From Nitrospirota bacterium (GTDB lineage Bacteria > Patescibacteriota > Gracilibacteria > UBA1369 > LOWO2-01-FULL-3): DNA of 64,000 nucleotides. Every line of letters begins with the position of its first letter. Positions within the stretch are counted from its first letter, which is position 1. Of this stretch, positions 10,102 to 19,831 are shown piece by piece. The notes under the pieces were generated by a model. The model searched no databases. It was not told the DNA's origin and was given only the letters and a program-made list of their open reading frames with translations. The stretch lies in contig JBDRIE010000037.1 of NCBI GenBank assembly GCA_043816165.1, positions 1,890 through 65,889 of the forward strand. Direction: 5' to 3'. Position numbers and translations under genes: made by a program.

Positions 10102-11193
10102 ATGGAAAATTTATTATTTGTAGTTGGAGTTGGAGTTCTTCTAGGGATGGCTTTCATAATTTATAAGCTGCGAGATATGAAGAAGCCTGATGATCAAAAG
10201 CTCGTTTTTGAATATATAGAAGCATTACGGAAAGAAATGCGTGAAAGCGGAACCGAAAACCGCAAAGAGGTACAGCAAAGACTGGATGTTATCCAAGAGA
10301 GACTCTCAAAAGGTCTAGAGGTTTCTTCACAAACCATTCAAAAACAATTCTCCCAAAGTTCTAAGTTAATATCAGAAGTTACTCAAAAGCTCACAAAACT
10401 GGACGAAACAAACAAGCAGGTCCTGAATTTCTCAGAACAAATGCAAAGTCTGGAAAACATTCTCAAAAATCCAAAACAAAGAGGTATTTTAGGAGAATAT
10501 TTTCTGGAAACGTTACTTGGTCATGTTCTTCAACCAAATCAATACCAAATGCAGTACAAATTTGATAGTGGTGAAATAGTGGATGCAGCAGTTTTCTTTA
10601 AAGATAAGATAATTCCAATCGATGCAAAATTCTCACTCGAGAAATACAACATGATTATGGAGGAAAAGAGTGCAGATAAACGCGAAAAGCTAGAAAAAGA
10701 ATTCAAATTGGACATCAAAAACCGAATAGACGAAACCGCGAAATACATAAGACCAAAAGAAAACACAACCGACTTCGCATTCATGTTTATCCCTGCCGAA
10801 GGAATTTACTACAACCTCCTAATCTACAAAGTAGGCTCATTGAAGATAAACGCAAACGACTTCGTCGAATACGCCTTCAAAAAGCACGTAATCATAGTTT
10901 CCCCAACTTCATTCTTCGCATATCTGGAAACCGTGCTCCAAGGATTAAAAGCTCTAAAAATGGAAGAGTCAGTTCATGAAATCATCAAAAAAGTAGGGGA
11001 CTTAGGGCGACATATGGGAAGCTACGAAGAATACCTCCAAAAAATGGGTAACAGCCTTGGGACAACAGTAAATATGTACAATTCAGCCTACAAAGAATTC
11101 AACAAAATCGACAAAGATGTTTACAAAATCACTGACGGCGACGCAGGCGGTAAAGCCGATCCTGCCGTTTTGGATAAACCAAATATAAATTAA
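10102..11193 (+). CDS. rmuC: DNA recombination protein RmuC
   Basis: N-terminal TM helix, coiled coil, and the RmuC core ([25 protein letters not shown]). Confidence 0.85.
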   Translation: MENLLFVVGVGVLLGMAFIIYKLRDMKKPDDQKLVFEYIEALRKEMRESGTENRKEVQQRLDVIQERLSKGLEVSSQTIQKQFSQSSKLISEVTQKLTKLDETNKQVLNFSEQMQSLENILKNPKQRGILGEYFLETLLGHVLQPNQYQMQYKFDSGEIVDAAVFFKDKIIPIDAKFSLEKYNMIMEEKSADKREKLEKEFKLDIKNRIDETAKYIRPKENTTDFAFMFIPAEGIYYNLLIYKVGSLKINANDFVEYAFKKHVIIVSPTSFFAYLETVLQGLKALKMEESVHEIIKKVGDLGRHMGSYEEYLQKMGNSLGTTVNMYNSAYKEFNKIDKDVYKITDGDAGGKADPAVLDKPNIN

Positions 11194-11204
11194 CCAAAAT
11201 TATC

Positions 11205-11696
11205 ATGGGAGTTAGATCAAAAACATTAGTAGTTGTATTACTGGTTGGTCTTGTATTCGGAGTATTCGCCTTATCAACGCGAAACTCTCAATTATTCAAA
11301 GGACAGATCTTTGATGGACCCGGGAATGAGATTACAGAAGAAACAGGAGATGTATTATTGCCGGATCTGACCGTAAATGCAGAAATTATATTTCCGGAAA
11401 TAGCCGATGACGACATAGAGATTGATGTGACAATGGAAAATATCGGAGAAGGCACAATCCCCGGAGGAACACCATACACATACACCATATACATCAATGA
11501 CACGGAAGTATTCTCAAACAGCGATTCTTATAGTGAATTAGCACCTGGAGATGCGTTTAGCTTTAAATATCCAATCTCAAAGACAATTTACCAATACCCA
11601 AATGAAGGAACGGTAAAAGTAGTGGTAGACGGGGAGAATTCAATCAAAGAAAGCAACGAAGGCAATAACGAAATCATAAAAGATTATAAACTGTAA
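11205..11696 (+). CDS. membrane-anchored CARDB-like domain protein
   Basis: N-terminal TM helix, NIGEGT and a terminal VDGENSIKESNEGNNE pattern typical of CARDB domains. Confidence 0.55.
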   Translation: MGVRSKTLVVVLLVGLVFGVFALSTRNSQLFKGQIFDGPGNEITEETGDVLLPDLTVNAEIIFPEIADDDIEIDVTMENIGEGTIPGGTPYTYTIYINDTEVFSNSDSYSELAPGDAFSFKYPISKTIYQYPNEGTVKVVVDGENSIKESNEGNNEIIKDYKL

Positions 11697-11699
11697 AAA

Positions 11700-12896
11700 A
11701 TGTACGATACATCCTCAGGAACACAACCGTTCCCGGAAAAAATAACAGAGTCTGTACTTAAGGATGAAAATACCGGTGCAAGTAAAGCCTTGAAAACCAG
11801 AGAAAAGAAATCAAAGGAACGAGTAATTGAGAAAAGAACCCAAAAAGAGCTCAACGACATGAAGGAAATCAGGAATTTTTGGGAAGAGACTTTTGGGAAA
11901 GGAGCAGTAGCGAGTTTCTTCATAAGTTTGAACGCTTTTCTTGCCGGAGAAGAGGGGACTTTTGATGCCGCGGCCTTCGATGAAGAAATTACCGCAAGAG
12001 CCAAGGAACTTTCAAAACAAGGATTCAACATGGATGAGTTTGTAGTTGCACACAGATCATTGGGGTACGGAAGACACAGAGAGAATTCGGAAGAAGGACT
12101 GAAAGCCGCGCTGAATGGAGGAGAGAAACAAATAGAAATAGATTTGCGTAAAGGTCCGGACGGGAAATTATATTTATCCCACGGCCCAATTAAGAAAAAT
12201 GATGTAAAAAACCTTCTAAGCATAAATAAAGCATTAGAGATTTTTGCTGAAAGTGACAATCAAAATGTTGCCATATTTTTTGATGTTAAGGAAAAGGGCG
12301 TGGTGAAGCTTTTGGATGCGGCAATGAACTTGGTAGATACATCTTTCAAGGGCAGAGCAGGCTACAGATCGCTAAAAGACAGACATTTTATAATGGCATT
12401 CGATAAAACCATACTGAGGGAAGCGAAAAATTCAAATGGAGCTCGTCCTCTGGTTTATTATTATTTCCCAACTGCAAAATACGGAATAATGAGTGGACTA
12501 ATATCACTGATAGGAAGGAAAAGAGTCAAAAGCATGCTTGATACAGCCGATTCAATAGGCGGAACGCGCACAGCTGAAGGATTAGAAAAAACCGGATTAA
12601 GTGTAAATGGAAAATCTGTCGGCAAAAAATTCAAAACCAACTTCGACATGTGGAGAAATTTGCCAAGCAGTGACATTCTAGCAACAATTAAAAGCAGTAA
12701 CGGTTATCTTTGTATACCAGCGGCACTTGCAACCAAAGAATTGGTGAAGAAAATAAAGGGAAAAGGAATCAAAGTAGCTGTTTGGGGCGCAAACGACAGC
12801 AGAATCAAGAAAATGATTCACGAATTAGGCGTAGACCTTGTAATTACTGACACACCAAGGGCGGCTAGCAAAAAATCCGCAAGAAGGGCCGCTTAA
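11700..12896 (+). CDS. glycerophosphodiester phosphodiesterase family protein with an N-terminal extension
   Basis: VAHRSLGYG..ENSEEGLKAAL..IEIDLRKGPDGKLYLSHGP, and C-terminal VAVWGAND...GVDLVITDTP. Confidence 0.6.
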   Translation: MYDTSSGTQPFPEKITESVLKDENTGASKALKTREKKSKERVIEKRTQKELNDMKEIRNFWEETFGKGAVASFFISLNAFLAGEEGTFDAAAFDEEITARAKELSKQGFNMDEFVVAHRSLGYGRHRENSEEGLKAALNGGEKQIEIDLRKGPDGKLYLSHGPIKKNDVKNLLSINKALEIFAESDNQNVAIFFDVKEKGVVKLLDAAMNLVDTSFKGRAGYRSLKDRHFIMAFDKTILREAKNSNGARPLVYYYFPTAKYGIMSGLISLIGRKRVKSMLDTADSIGGTRTAEGLEKTGLSVNGKSVGKKFKTNFDMWRNLPSSDILATIKSSNGYLCIPAALATKELVKKIKGKGIKVAVWGANDSRIKKMIHELGVDLVITDTPRAASKKSARRAA

Positions 12897-15697
12897 ACAG
12901 CCGGACAAATCAATCTATAGTCGCAAAATTTACACAAAAACCCCGGAGTTGGATTGAAATCCGACTTTTTCAATTCGGAAACAGTCTCCTCCACATCATC
13001 CACGATTTTATTGAGTTGCTCGTCTGTTCTTTCCGTAGAGATTTTTTCATTATCCTCCAGATAATAAAGACTCAGTTTGCTAACCTTAATCCCAAAAATA
13101 TCACGACATGCAAGCGCATAAATAGAAAGCTGCAAGTCATTTTTCAGATTCGGATTCGACTTCATACGTCCCGTCTTGTAATCAATCATTTCATATGTGC
13201 CATCATCCAGCTTGTCGATCCTATCAATTCGCCCGGATAGCATGTACTGGCCCAATTTCAGGTTAAACGGCCTCTCCAAAAACGCAGGAACAACCCAAGG
13301 ACTAGAATTGGTTTCATAGAACTTAGTGAGCATCTCCAGTCCTTTATCATAGCGGATCCCCTCGTGTTCTTTACTCTCAAATCCATAAGGAATCCAACTC
13401 TTCTCGTAAAGCTCTTTCAACTTTTCTAAACTTACATTCTCCCCTTTTTTTAATAATTCATAAAGTTCATTCAAAGTTTCATGAACACTGGACCCAAAGT
13501 TTGCCGCATGCGACGGAGGTACGGGGACATTCATGATATATCTGTAGTTGTATTTCAAAGGACACGATTTAAAAGTATCCAACTGTGAATAACTCACTCT
13601 TTTACTTTTAAATGGAGGTAAATTGAAAATAGGGGTAACCGGAGACTTGAATTCCTGCAGTTTCTTTACTGAATCTTCAGAGGCGGAATGATCCGTACGT
13701 ATTCCGTAACCACTATCTTCCACCTCCCCGACGAAAGGAGAAACTTTCCACTTTTTGTTGCCCTCGTATTGATCACTATAAGTTAAAAAGACTTTTTGTT
13801 TCGCTCTTGTCATGGCCACGTAAAACAATCGCCTCTCTTCTTGCAAATGAAAATCGCCCTCAGGGAAAATTTCTTTGGTCAACTCTTCCGGAACGTAAAA
13901 AGGTTCCCATCTTTTACCGGTAGGAAAGCGCTGATTGACTAAATTTACAATAAAAACATATTTGAACTGCAATCCCTTACTACCATGGCATGTCAAAATC
14001 TGCACAGAATCCTTTGTTTGTGAATCATCATAACTCAAAGGAGCATTAGCTTCATTTAAAAGGTCGATATACGCGGAGAAATCTATTACTGAATTGTGTT
14101 CGTTTTCTCGCCCGAATTTATCAACTCTTCTTGCAAATTGATCAATATTGCCCACTTCCTCATATTTCTCAGAGTCGATAAGAAACTTGATTAAATTTAT
14201 TTTCCTTGAAAACTCATTAAGCACTATTCCAACCGGATTATTTTTCGAAAAATCAATCAATTTCGTAAACAAATTGAAGACTGTCTGTAATGGGTCCTCT
14301 GTGCCCGGGATAGTCATGTTTTCATCTTCCAGTCTGTCCTTTATCAACTTAAACAAGTGGTTTTTCTTGCTTCCGTTTAGTAGTTCCAATATATCCGTCA
14401 TAGGAATCCCAAATACATCCATTTTTAGTATTCGAAGCATTGCAATATCGTCATCAGGATTTGCCAAAAACTTAGTCACTGCAATCAAATCCTTGATTTC
14501 ATTCAACGACATAAGCCCTTTTGGATTTCTAACTTGATAGGGGATCCCAAGATATTTGAGCTCATCAGTAAAAGGAATTGCATGATTATTATTGCGTACC
14601 AAAACTGCAATATCTGCCAAATCGACGCCTTCCTTTTGCAAAAACTGAATTTTCTCCGCAACAAATACCGATTCTTCCAGAAACGTAGGGAAATGGTGGA
14701 TTTCTACGGGTTCAGCGCCTTCCACATTACAATTAAGCTGTTTATTCAAACCGGTCTTTGATTCCAGTCGATCCGGATTGTTATTTTGTATTAAATTATA
14801 AGCCGCATCCAAGATATTTTTTGTGCTTCTATAATTTTCTATCAAAACTATTTTCTTATGATCCTTAAATTCCTCGTCAAACTTTAGAATATTACTAAGA
14901 CTCGCACCCCTCCATTTATAAATACTCTGATCATCATCTCCTACAGCCACAATATTTTTATGATTCTTCGACAGATCCAACAAGAGCTTAAACTGAGCAT
15001 AATTTGTATCTTGGAACTCATCCACCAATATATATTTATACCGATTTTGATATTCAGCCAATACTCCGGGTCTTTTTTCTAAAAGTTGCAAACCCAAATA
15101 TGTAAGATCAGCGAAATCCAAATAATTATTTTTTATCAACAAATCCTGGTATTCCTGAAAAACAGTAGCAATTTCTTTGATTTTTTCCCCATCATCACCT
15201 CCAATTCTCTCCGTGAATTTCAGATACTCAGAAGGCGCAATCAGTTCATCCTTTAGTTTGCCAAAATGAGTCAATAATTCGTAAATAAAACTATTCGGAT
15301 TACCCAGCGGACGATAATAATCCAAACTAAACGAATAAAGGTTTTGTTTAAAGAAAAACCACTGCTCAACTTGCCCAAGGATCTTGAATCCGGGGTCAAT
15401 TCCTATTTCCAAACCGGATTCTCGCAGGATCTTCTCTGAAAATGAATGAAACGTCTTTATACTACACTCCTCATAGCCAAGTGGCATTTTCTCATCGACA
15501 CGCTCAACCATCTCATTGGCGGCTTTTTCAGTAAAGGTTAGCGCCAAAATCTCACCCGGCTTCGCCTTACCGGTTTCAATCAAATGAACAATCCTATCTG
15601 TTATTGCGCGGGTCTTACCGGTTCCGGCTCCCGCGATAATAAGCAAAGGACCCTCATCATGCTCTACTACCAGTTTTTGTTCGGGATTCAGTTCCAT
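12893..15697 (-). CDS. UvrD/PcrA-type helicase fused to a C-terminal PD-(D/E)XK (Cas4/AddB-like, 4-Cys) nuclease
   Basis: GAGTGKT Walker A and VDEFQDTN. The C-terminus has GRIDRID...DYKTG plus C...CxxCxxxxxC. ATG 15697 (MELNPEQ) lies 1 nt downstream of the rpsA stop codon (15699-15701). Confidence 0.85.
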   Translation of the reverse strand: MELNPEQKLVVEHDEGPLLIIAGAGTGKTRAITDRIVHLIETGKAKPGEILALTFTEKAANEMVERVDEKMPLGYEECSIKTFHSFSEKILRESGLEIGIDPGFKILGQVEQWFFFKQNLYSFSLDYYRPLGNPNSFIYELLTHFGKLKDELIAPSEYLKFTERIGGDDGEKIKEIATVFQEYQDLLIKNNYLDFADLTYLGLQLLEKRPGVLAEYQNRYKYILVDEFQDTNYAQFKLLLDLSKNHKNIVAVGDDDQSIYKWRGASLSNILKFDEEFKDHKKIVLIENYRSTKNILDAAYNLIQNNNPDRLESKTGLNKQLNCNVEGAEPVEIHHFPTFLEESVFVAEKIQFLQKEGVDLADIAVLVRNNNHAIPFTDELKYLGIPYQVRNPKGLMSLNEIKDLIAVTKFLANPDDDIAMLRILKMDVFGIPMTDILELLNGSKKNHLFKLIKDRLEDENMTIPGTEDPLQTVFNLFTKLIDFSKNNPVGIVLNEFSRKINLIKFLIDSEKYEEVGNIDQFARRVDKFGRENEHNSVIDFSAYIDLLNEANAPLSYDDSQTKDSVQILTCHGSKGLQFKYVFIVNLVNQRFPTGKRWEPFYVPEELTKEIFPEGDFHLQEERRLFYVAMTRAKQKVFLTYSDQYEGNKKWKVSPFVGEVEDSGYGIRTDHSASEDSVKKLQEFKSPVTPIFNLPPFKSKRVSYSQLDTFKSCPLKYNYRYIMNVPVPPSHAANFGSSVHETLNELYELLKKGENVSLEKLKELYEKSWIPYGFESKEHEGIRYDKGLEMLTKFYETNSSPWVVPAFLERPFNLKLGQYMLSGRIDRIDKLDDGTYEMIDYKTGRMKSNPNLKNDLQLSIYALACRDIFGIKVSKLSLYYLEDNEKISTERTDEQLNKIVDDVEETVSELKKSDFNPTPGFLCKFCDYRLICPAV

Positions 15698-15698
15698 A

Positions 15699-16937
15699 TT
15701 ATTCCTCTTTCTCTTCAACCTCAGTCTCAGCTTTTGGCTCCTCCTTTTCTTCAACCTCAGTCTCAGCTTTTGGCTCCTCCTTTTCTTCAACCTCAGTCTC
15801 AGCTTTTGGCACCTCCTTTTCTTTCTTCTCCGCCTTTTCACTCATTGCCTTGATAGAAAGCGCAACCCTATGGTCATCAGGATCTATTTGAATAATCTTT
15901 GCTTTTACCTTGTCCCCAACTTTCAACGCTTCTTCATCATCACCTGCTTCATCTCCTTCATTTTCAGTGAGCTCACTAACGTGGATAAGACCATTGATTT
16001 CATCATCTAGCTTAATGAATGCACCAAATGGAGTGATCCTATTAACTTCACCCTCAATAACCGTTCCAACCCTATACTTTTTAGTAGCTTCAATCCATGG
16101 ATCAGGCACTAAACGCTTCATTGAAAGACTGATTTTATCTTTTTCTTTACCAATAACGAGAACGTCTACATTGTCATTTAGTTTTCCATAATCATGTGGA
16201 TCTTTTACGTGTCCCCAAGCAATTTCAGAAATATGTACAAGTCCCTCTAATCCTCCAAAAGTGACAAAAATACCAAATTTTACAATACCGCTGATATTCC
16301 CTTTTAGTTTTTGACCAACCTCTAATTTGTCGAACGCCTCACCTCTCTTTAGAGCTTCAGCAGCTTTCTCTGACAAAATCAGTTTACCTCCTTCTGTATC
16401 AAGATTTATTACCTTTACATTCAAAGGCTGACCAACCAGCTTCTGCAATCTATTCAAAATTTCAGTACTGTCTGCGCCATCTACACGTGGATAGTGAAGA
16501 GGGGCTAATTGTGAAACAGGGATAAATCCTTTGATCCCGTCTATATTTAGAAGCAATCCACCTTTGTTTGCCTCGGTTGCGCTAACAGAAATTGGCTCGC
16601 CGGTATCAAATGCATTTACAAATTTATACCATGTTTTTTCCTGACTCGCTTTACGTAGAGAAAGAACAACGAGACCATCCTCGTTCTCCTCTTCAAGAAT
16701 ATACACAGAGACTTCGTCACCAGGTTTTATAGATTTTATTGTCCCGGAGCTGTCGTGAGCTTCTTGTCCGGCAATTACACCGGTTGAAAGTCCATCCATA
16801 TCAACCAGAACTTTATTTTTTGAAACAGAAATTACCACACCGTTCACGAGCGTACCCGGAGCAGGAGTTTGTATTTCTTGAGCACCCGTCATTAATTTAT
16901 CCATGACAGGACTGTTGTCTGTATAAACAGTAACCAT
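15699..16937 (-). CDS. rpsA: 30S ribosomal protein S1 (four S1 domains) with an acidic repeat tail
   Basis: Repeated S1-domain signatures (G.V..V...G..V.., HISE). The C-terminal repeat is EEPKAETEVEEKE. Confidence 0.85.
   Translation of the reverse strand: MVTVYTDNSPVMDKLMTGAQEIQTPAPGTLVNGVVISVSKNKVLVDMDGLSTGVIAGQEAHDSSGTIKSIKPGDEVSVYILEEENEDGLVVLSLRKASQEKTWYKFVNAFDTGEPISVSATEANKGGLLLNIDGIKGFIPVSQLAPLHYPRVDGADSTEILNRLQKLVGQPLNVKVINLDTEGGKLILSEKAAEALKRGEAFDKLEVGQKLKGNISGIVKFGIFVTFGGLEGLVHISEIAWGHVKDPHDYGKLNDNVDVLVIGKEKDKISLSMKRLVPDPWIEATKKYRVGTVIEGEVNRITPFGAFIKLDDEINGLIHVSELTENEGDEAGDDEEALKVGDKVKAKIIQIDPDDHRVALSIKAMSEKAEKKEKEVPKAETEVEEKEEPKAETEVEEKEEPKAETEVEEKEE
15713..15820. repeat. 3 x 36-bp tandem repeat inside the 3' end of rpsA
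   Basis: The unit cttcaacctcagtctcagcttttggctcctcctttt starts at 15713, 15749 and 15785 with one mismatch. It encodes EKEEPKAETEVE x3 on the minus strand. Confidence 0.95.
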
Positions 16938-16946
16938 AATCCTTCT

Positions 16947-17001
16947 TTAGCAAGATGTCTTAATATTTAGTAGCTATTTGGAATGTTGATTATCTTGCTA
17001 A
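16947..17001 (-). promoter_or_regulatory. rpsA 5' leader hairpin (10-bp perfect inverted repeat) abutting the ribosome-binding region
   Basis: TTAGCAAGAT (16947-16956) pairs with ATCTTGCTAA (16992-17001). In the mRNA the 3' arm is directly followed by AGAAGGAUU-AUG. Confidence 0.5.
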
Positions 17002-17033
17002 TAAAAACACCAAATTAACCAAACAGCAGGGGG

Positions 17034-17062
17034 ATTATAGGGATACAGTTATAACTAGTCAA
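17034..17062 (-). promoter_or_regulatory. rpsA promoter
   Basis: On the minus strand: TTGACT (17062-17057), 17 nt spacer, TATAAT (17039-17034). Confidence 0.6.
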
Positions 17063-17071
17063 GGATTAAAG

Positions 17072-19657
17072 CTATTTTCCTTTTATAAGGTCAACTCCGT
17101 CATCCTTCTTCACGATTTTCACCTTATCTCCTTCTTTGAATTCAGAATCCAAAAACTTTGCAGTCAACGGATCTTCAATATACTCTTGGATTGCCCTACG
17201 AACAGGACGAGCACCGTATTTTGGATCATAACTCTTCACCGAAAGGACCTCCAGAGCTCCTGGAGTAATAGTCAAAGTGATATTCTTTTGATTCAATCGG
17301 TCTTCCAGATAACCAAGGTGTAGTTTAACGATTTTCTTAATATCCGGATTTGTTAGTGCTCTAAACACTACGACTTTGTCTATTCTGTTCAAGAATTCCG
17401 GTCTAAAGTGATCTTTGAGCTCTTTCAAGATTTCACCTTTCATCTCTTCAAAATCCTCATTTGCTCGCTCCACTTCTTTCAAATCAGACGCGAATCCGAT
17501 AGGAGCCGCTTTTTCAGTAAGCTTTTTAGCACCAATATTTGACGTCATAACGATAATTGTGTTTCTAAAATCTACTTTTCGACCTTTTGCATCCGTTAAT
17601 TCACCATCCTCAAGGATTTGGAGTAAAAGGTTGAATACATCAGGATGTGCTTTTTCAATTTCATCGAAAAGAACTACGCTATACGGTTTTCTCCTAACCG
17701 CCTCTGTTAATTGGCCACCATCGTCATAGCCTACATATCCCGCAGTTGCACCAACCAGCCTTGAAGTATTATGCCTTTCCATAAACTCACTCATATCTAT
17801 TTTGATAAGAGCACCTTTGTCGTTGTATACCTCTGCGGCGATAGTTTTTACTAATTCAGTTTTACCGACACCGGTTGGTCCCATAAAGATAAATGAGCCA
17901 ATTGGGCGTTTTTCATCTGCAAAGCCTGCTCTGGATCTTCGTATAGCCCTGGAAACAGCCTCAATAGCTTCGTCTTGTCCAATAATATGCTTTTTCAACG
18001 ACTTTTCCAGTGCCTTTAGTCGCGTGATATCATTTTTAACAAGTCTGGTTACCGGAACTCCGGTCATAGCTGATACTATCCCTGCAATTTCATCGGCAGA
18101 AACCATTTCTCGCTTTTCTCTTGGTATTTTTACGAATTTTTGTTCATCAATTAGTTTAACAACTTCAAGCTCCTGATTTCTAAGCTCAGCCGCTTTTTCA
18201 TAATTTTGTTGCGAAACACAATCTTCTTTCTTTTTGATAATTGAAGTTAATTTCTTTTGAAATTTTCTGATTTTATCGTTATTTCCTTTATTCAATATTC
18301 TCTTTTTCGCAGCAGCCTCATCGATAAGGTCAATTGCTTTATCCGGTAAGAATCGATCATTAATATATCTTTTTGATAATGTTACAGCTGCAATTAATGC
18401 GTCATCAGAAATAATAAGATTATGATGATCCTCAAACGGTTCACGAATTCCCTTTAAAATTTCCAAAGTTTCCTCAACTGAAGTTTCATCCACAATTACG
18501 GGTTGAAAACGTCTCTCAAGTGCAGGATCCTTTTCGATATTTTTTCTATACTCACTTGTGGTGGTAGCACCGATAGCCTGTACTTTCCCTCTGGATAAAG
18601 CCGGTTTTAGGATATTCGCGGCATCGAGACTTCCCTCAGCACTCCCGGCCCCCATAACGGTATGCAGCTCATCGATAAACAGAATCACATTTTCCTGGGA
18701 AGCAGCCTCATCTAATATTTGTTTAATTCTTTCCTCAAATTCACCTCTATACTTAGTCCCGGCAACGACAGAAGCCATAGATAGAGACAGAATTTTTTTA
18801 TCAAGCATATTATCCGGGACATCTTCATTTGCGATAGCTTGAGCAAGCCCCTCACAAACAGCTGTTTTACCAACTCCGGATTCACCTATAATCACAGGAT
18901 TATTTTTAGTTTTTCTGGACAGAATACTGATAGTTCGCTCAATTTCCTTTTCCCTCCCAATAATCGGATCTATTTTTCCATTTCTAACCTCTTCAACAAG
19001 GTCATTAGTAAAATAATCCAATGCTGGGGTGCTGGATTTCTTATCTTTCTTCTCTTTTTTATATTCAGCAGTTTCCTTTTGTTGACCTGAAAGTACTCCT
19101 TGCAAACCTGATAAAAAGAATTCCAGAGGATTCATCATTTGAGAGTTCTTTGGTGGCATTCCATTTTCGCTCATTGGGGTTTCTTGAGTGGTCCCTGTCT
19201 TTGCGCGTTCAAATATCTCCATTATTTGCTCTTTGATATCAGAAGGTGACACCTTCATATTCTCCAAAATTACTGTTGCGGCTGTATTGTCTTGAGAAAC
19301 CAATGAATACAGAAGATGTTCTGTTCCGACAAAAGAATGTCCAAAACCATGCGCCGTTTTGACAGCTTCCTCTATGACTTCTTTAGCAAATCCACTTAGT
19401 CCTCCAGATTCGCTTTTTTGCGAAGATGGGGGATTAGTACGTCCTACCGTTTTCAGAACCAGATTCACGTTCTCAAGAGAAACGCCAAAATTTAGCAAGA
19501 TCGACGCACCCAAAGAGTTCTCTTGTGAGAGGATACCTATAAGCACATGCTCGGTACCTACATAACTCAGTTTGGATTCCTTAGCCTTTTCTTGAGCTAC
19601 AATAAGAGCCCTCTTGGCTTCTTTGGTGAACTTATTAAAATTACTGAAATCAGTCAT
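17072..19657 (-). CDS. clpC: ATP-dependent Clp protease ATP-binding subunit ClpC
   Basis: Clp_N repeats, two AAA+ modules (GESGVGKT, GPTGVGKT), a short UVR-like linker (QNYEKAAELRNQE) and a PIGF ClpP-docking loop. Confidence 0.9.
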   Translation of the reverse strand: MTDFSNFNKFTKEAKRALIVAQEKAKESKLSYVGTEHVLIGILSQENSLGASILLNFGVSLENVNLVLKTVGRTNPPSSQKSESGGLSGFAKEVIEEAVKTAHGFGHSFVGTEHLLYSLVSQDNTAATVILENMKVSPSDIKEQIMEIFERAKTGTTQETPMSENGMPPKNSQMMNPLEFFLSGLQGVLSGQQKETAEYKKEKKDKKSSTPALDYFTNDLVEEVRNGKIDPIIGREKEIERTISILSRKTKNNPVIIGESGVGKTAVCEGLAQAIANEDVPDNMLDKKILSLSMASVVAGTKYRGEFEERIKQILDEAASQENVILFIDELHTVMGAGSAEGSLDAANILKPALSRGKVQAIGATTTSEYRKNIEKDPALERRFQPVIVDETSVEETLEILKGIREPFEDHHNLIISDDALIAAVTLSKRYINDRFLPDKAIDLIDEAAAKKRILNKGNNDKIRKFQKKLTSIIKKKEDCVSQQNYEKAAELRNQELEVVKLIDEQKFVKIPREKREMVSADEIAGIVSAMTGVPVTRLVKNDITRLKALEKSLKKHIIGQDEAIEAVSRAIRRSRAGFADEKRPIGSFIFMGPTGVGKTELVKTIAAEVYNDKGALIKIDMSEFMERHNTSRLVGATAGYVGYDDGGQLTEAVRRKPYSVVLFDEIEKAHPDVFNLLLQILEDGELTDAKGRKVDFRNTIIVMTSNIGAKKLTEKAAPIGFASDLKEVERANEDFEEMKGEILKELKDHFRPEFLNRIDKVVVFRALTNPDIKKIVKLHLGYLEDRLNQKNITLTITPGALEVLSVKSYDPKYGARPVRRAIQEYIEDPLTAKFLDSEFKEGDKVKIVKKDDGVDLIKGK

Positions 19658-19781
19658 AATCTGTTTGTTTTAAGTTAAATATTTTTTGAAATTCATACAA
19701 TTCTAGCATAAAATGTGCTTCCTTGGAACTCCAATAGCTAATCTATCCTTTACGAATTTTAGAATGATTGTGATATGGCAA

Positions 19782-19808
19782 TTAGCACTCTTGATTATAG
19801 AGTGCTAA
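19782..19808. promoter_or_regulatory. CIRCE (HrcA operator) element
   Basis: TTAGCACTC-ttgattata-GAGTGCTAA is an exact match to the consensus TTAGCACTC-N9-GAGTGCTAA. Confidence 0.9.
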
Positions 19809-19822
19809 TGAAGCAATGTCAA
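19794..19822 (-). promoter_or_regulatory. clpC promoter (consensus -35/-10) overlapped by CIRCE
   Basis: On the minus strand: TTGACA (19822-19817), 17 nt spacer, TATAAT (19799-19794). Confidence 0.8.
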
Positions 19823-19831
19823 ATGGGGAAA

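Noticed and set aside
15713-15820. Regularly spaced 36-bp direct repeats as a possible mini-CRISPR array
   Set aside because: The repeats are contiguous with no spacers, lie in frame inside rpsA and encode an acidic peptide repeat. No cas genes are present.
15698-15841. Arg/Lys-rich repeat N-terminus (MKRRRRKKRRCQKLRLRLKK...) on the long helicase ORF 12893..15841
   Set aside because: It is the 36-bp rpsA tail repeat read in another frame. The helicase homology begins at MELNPEQ (ATG 15697), 1 nt downstream of the rpsA stop codon, so the extension is an ORF-calling artefact.
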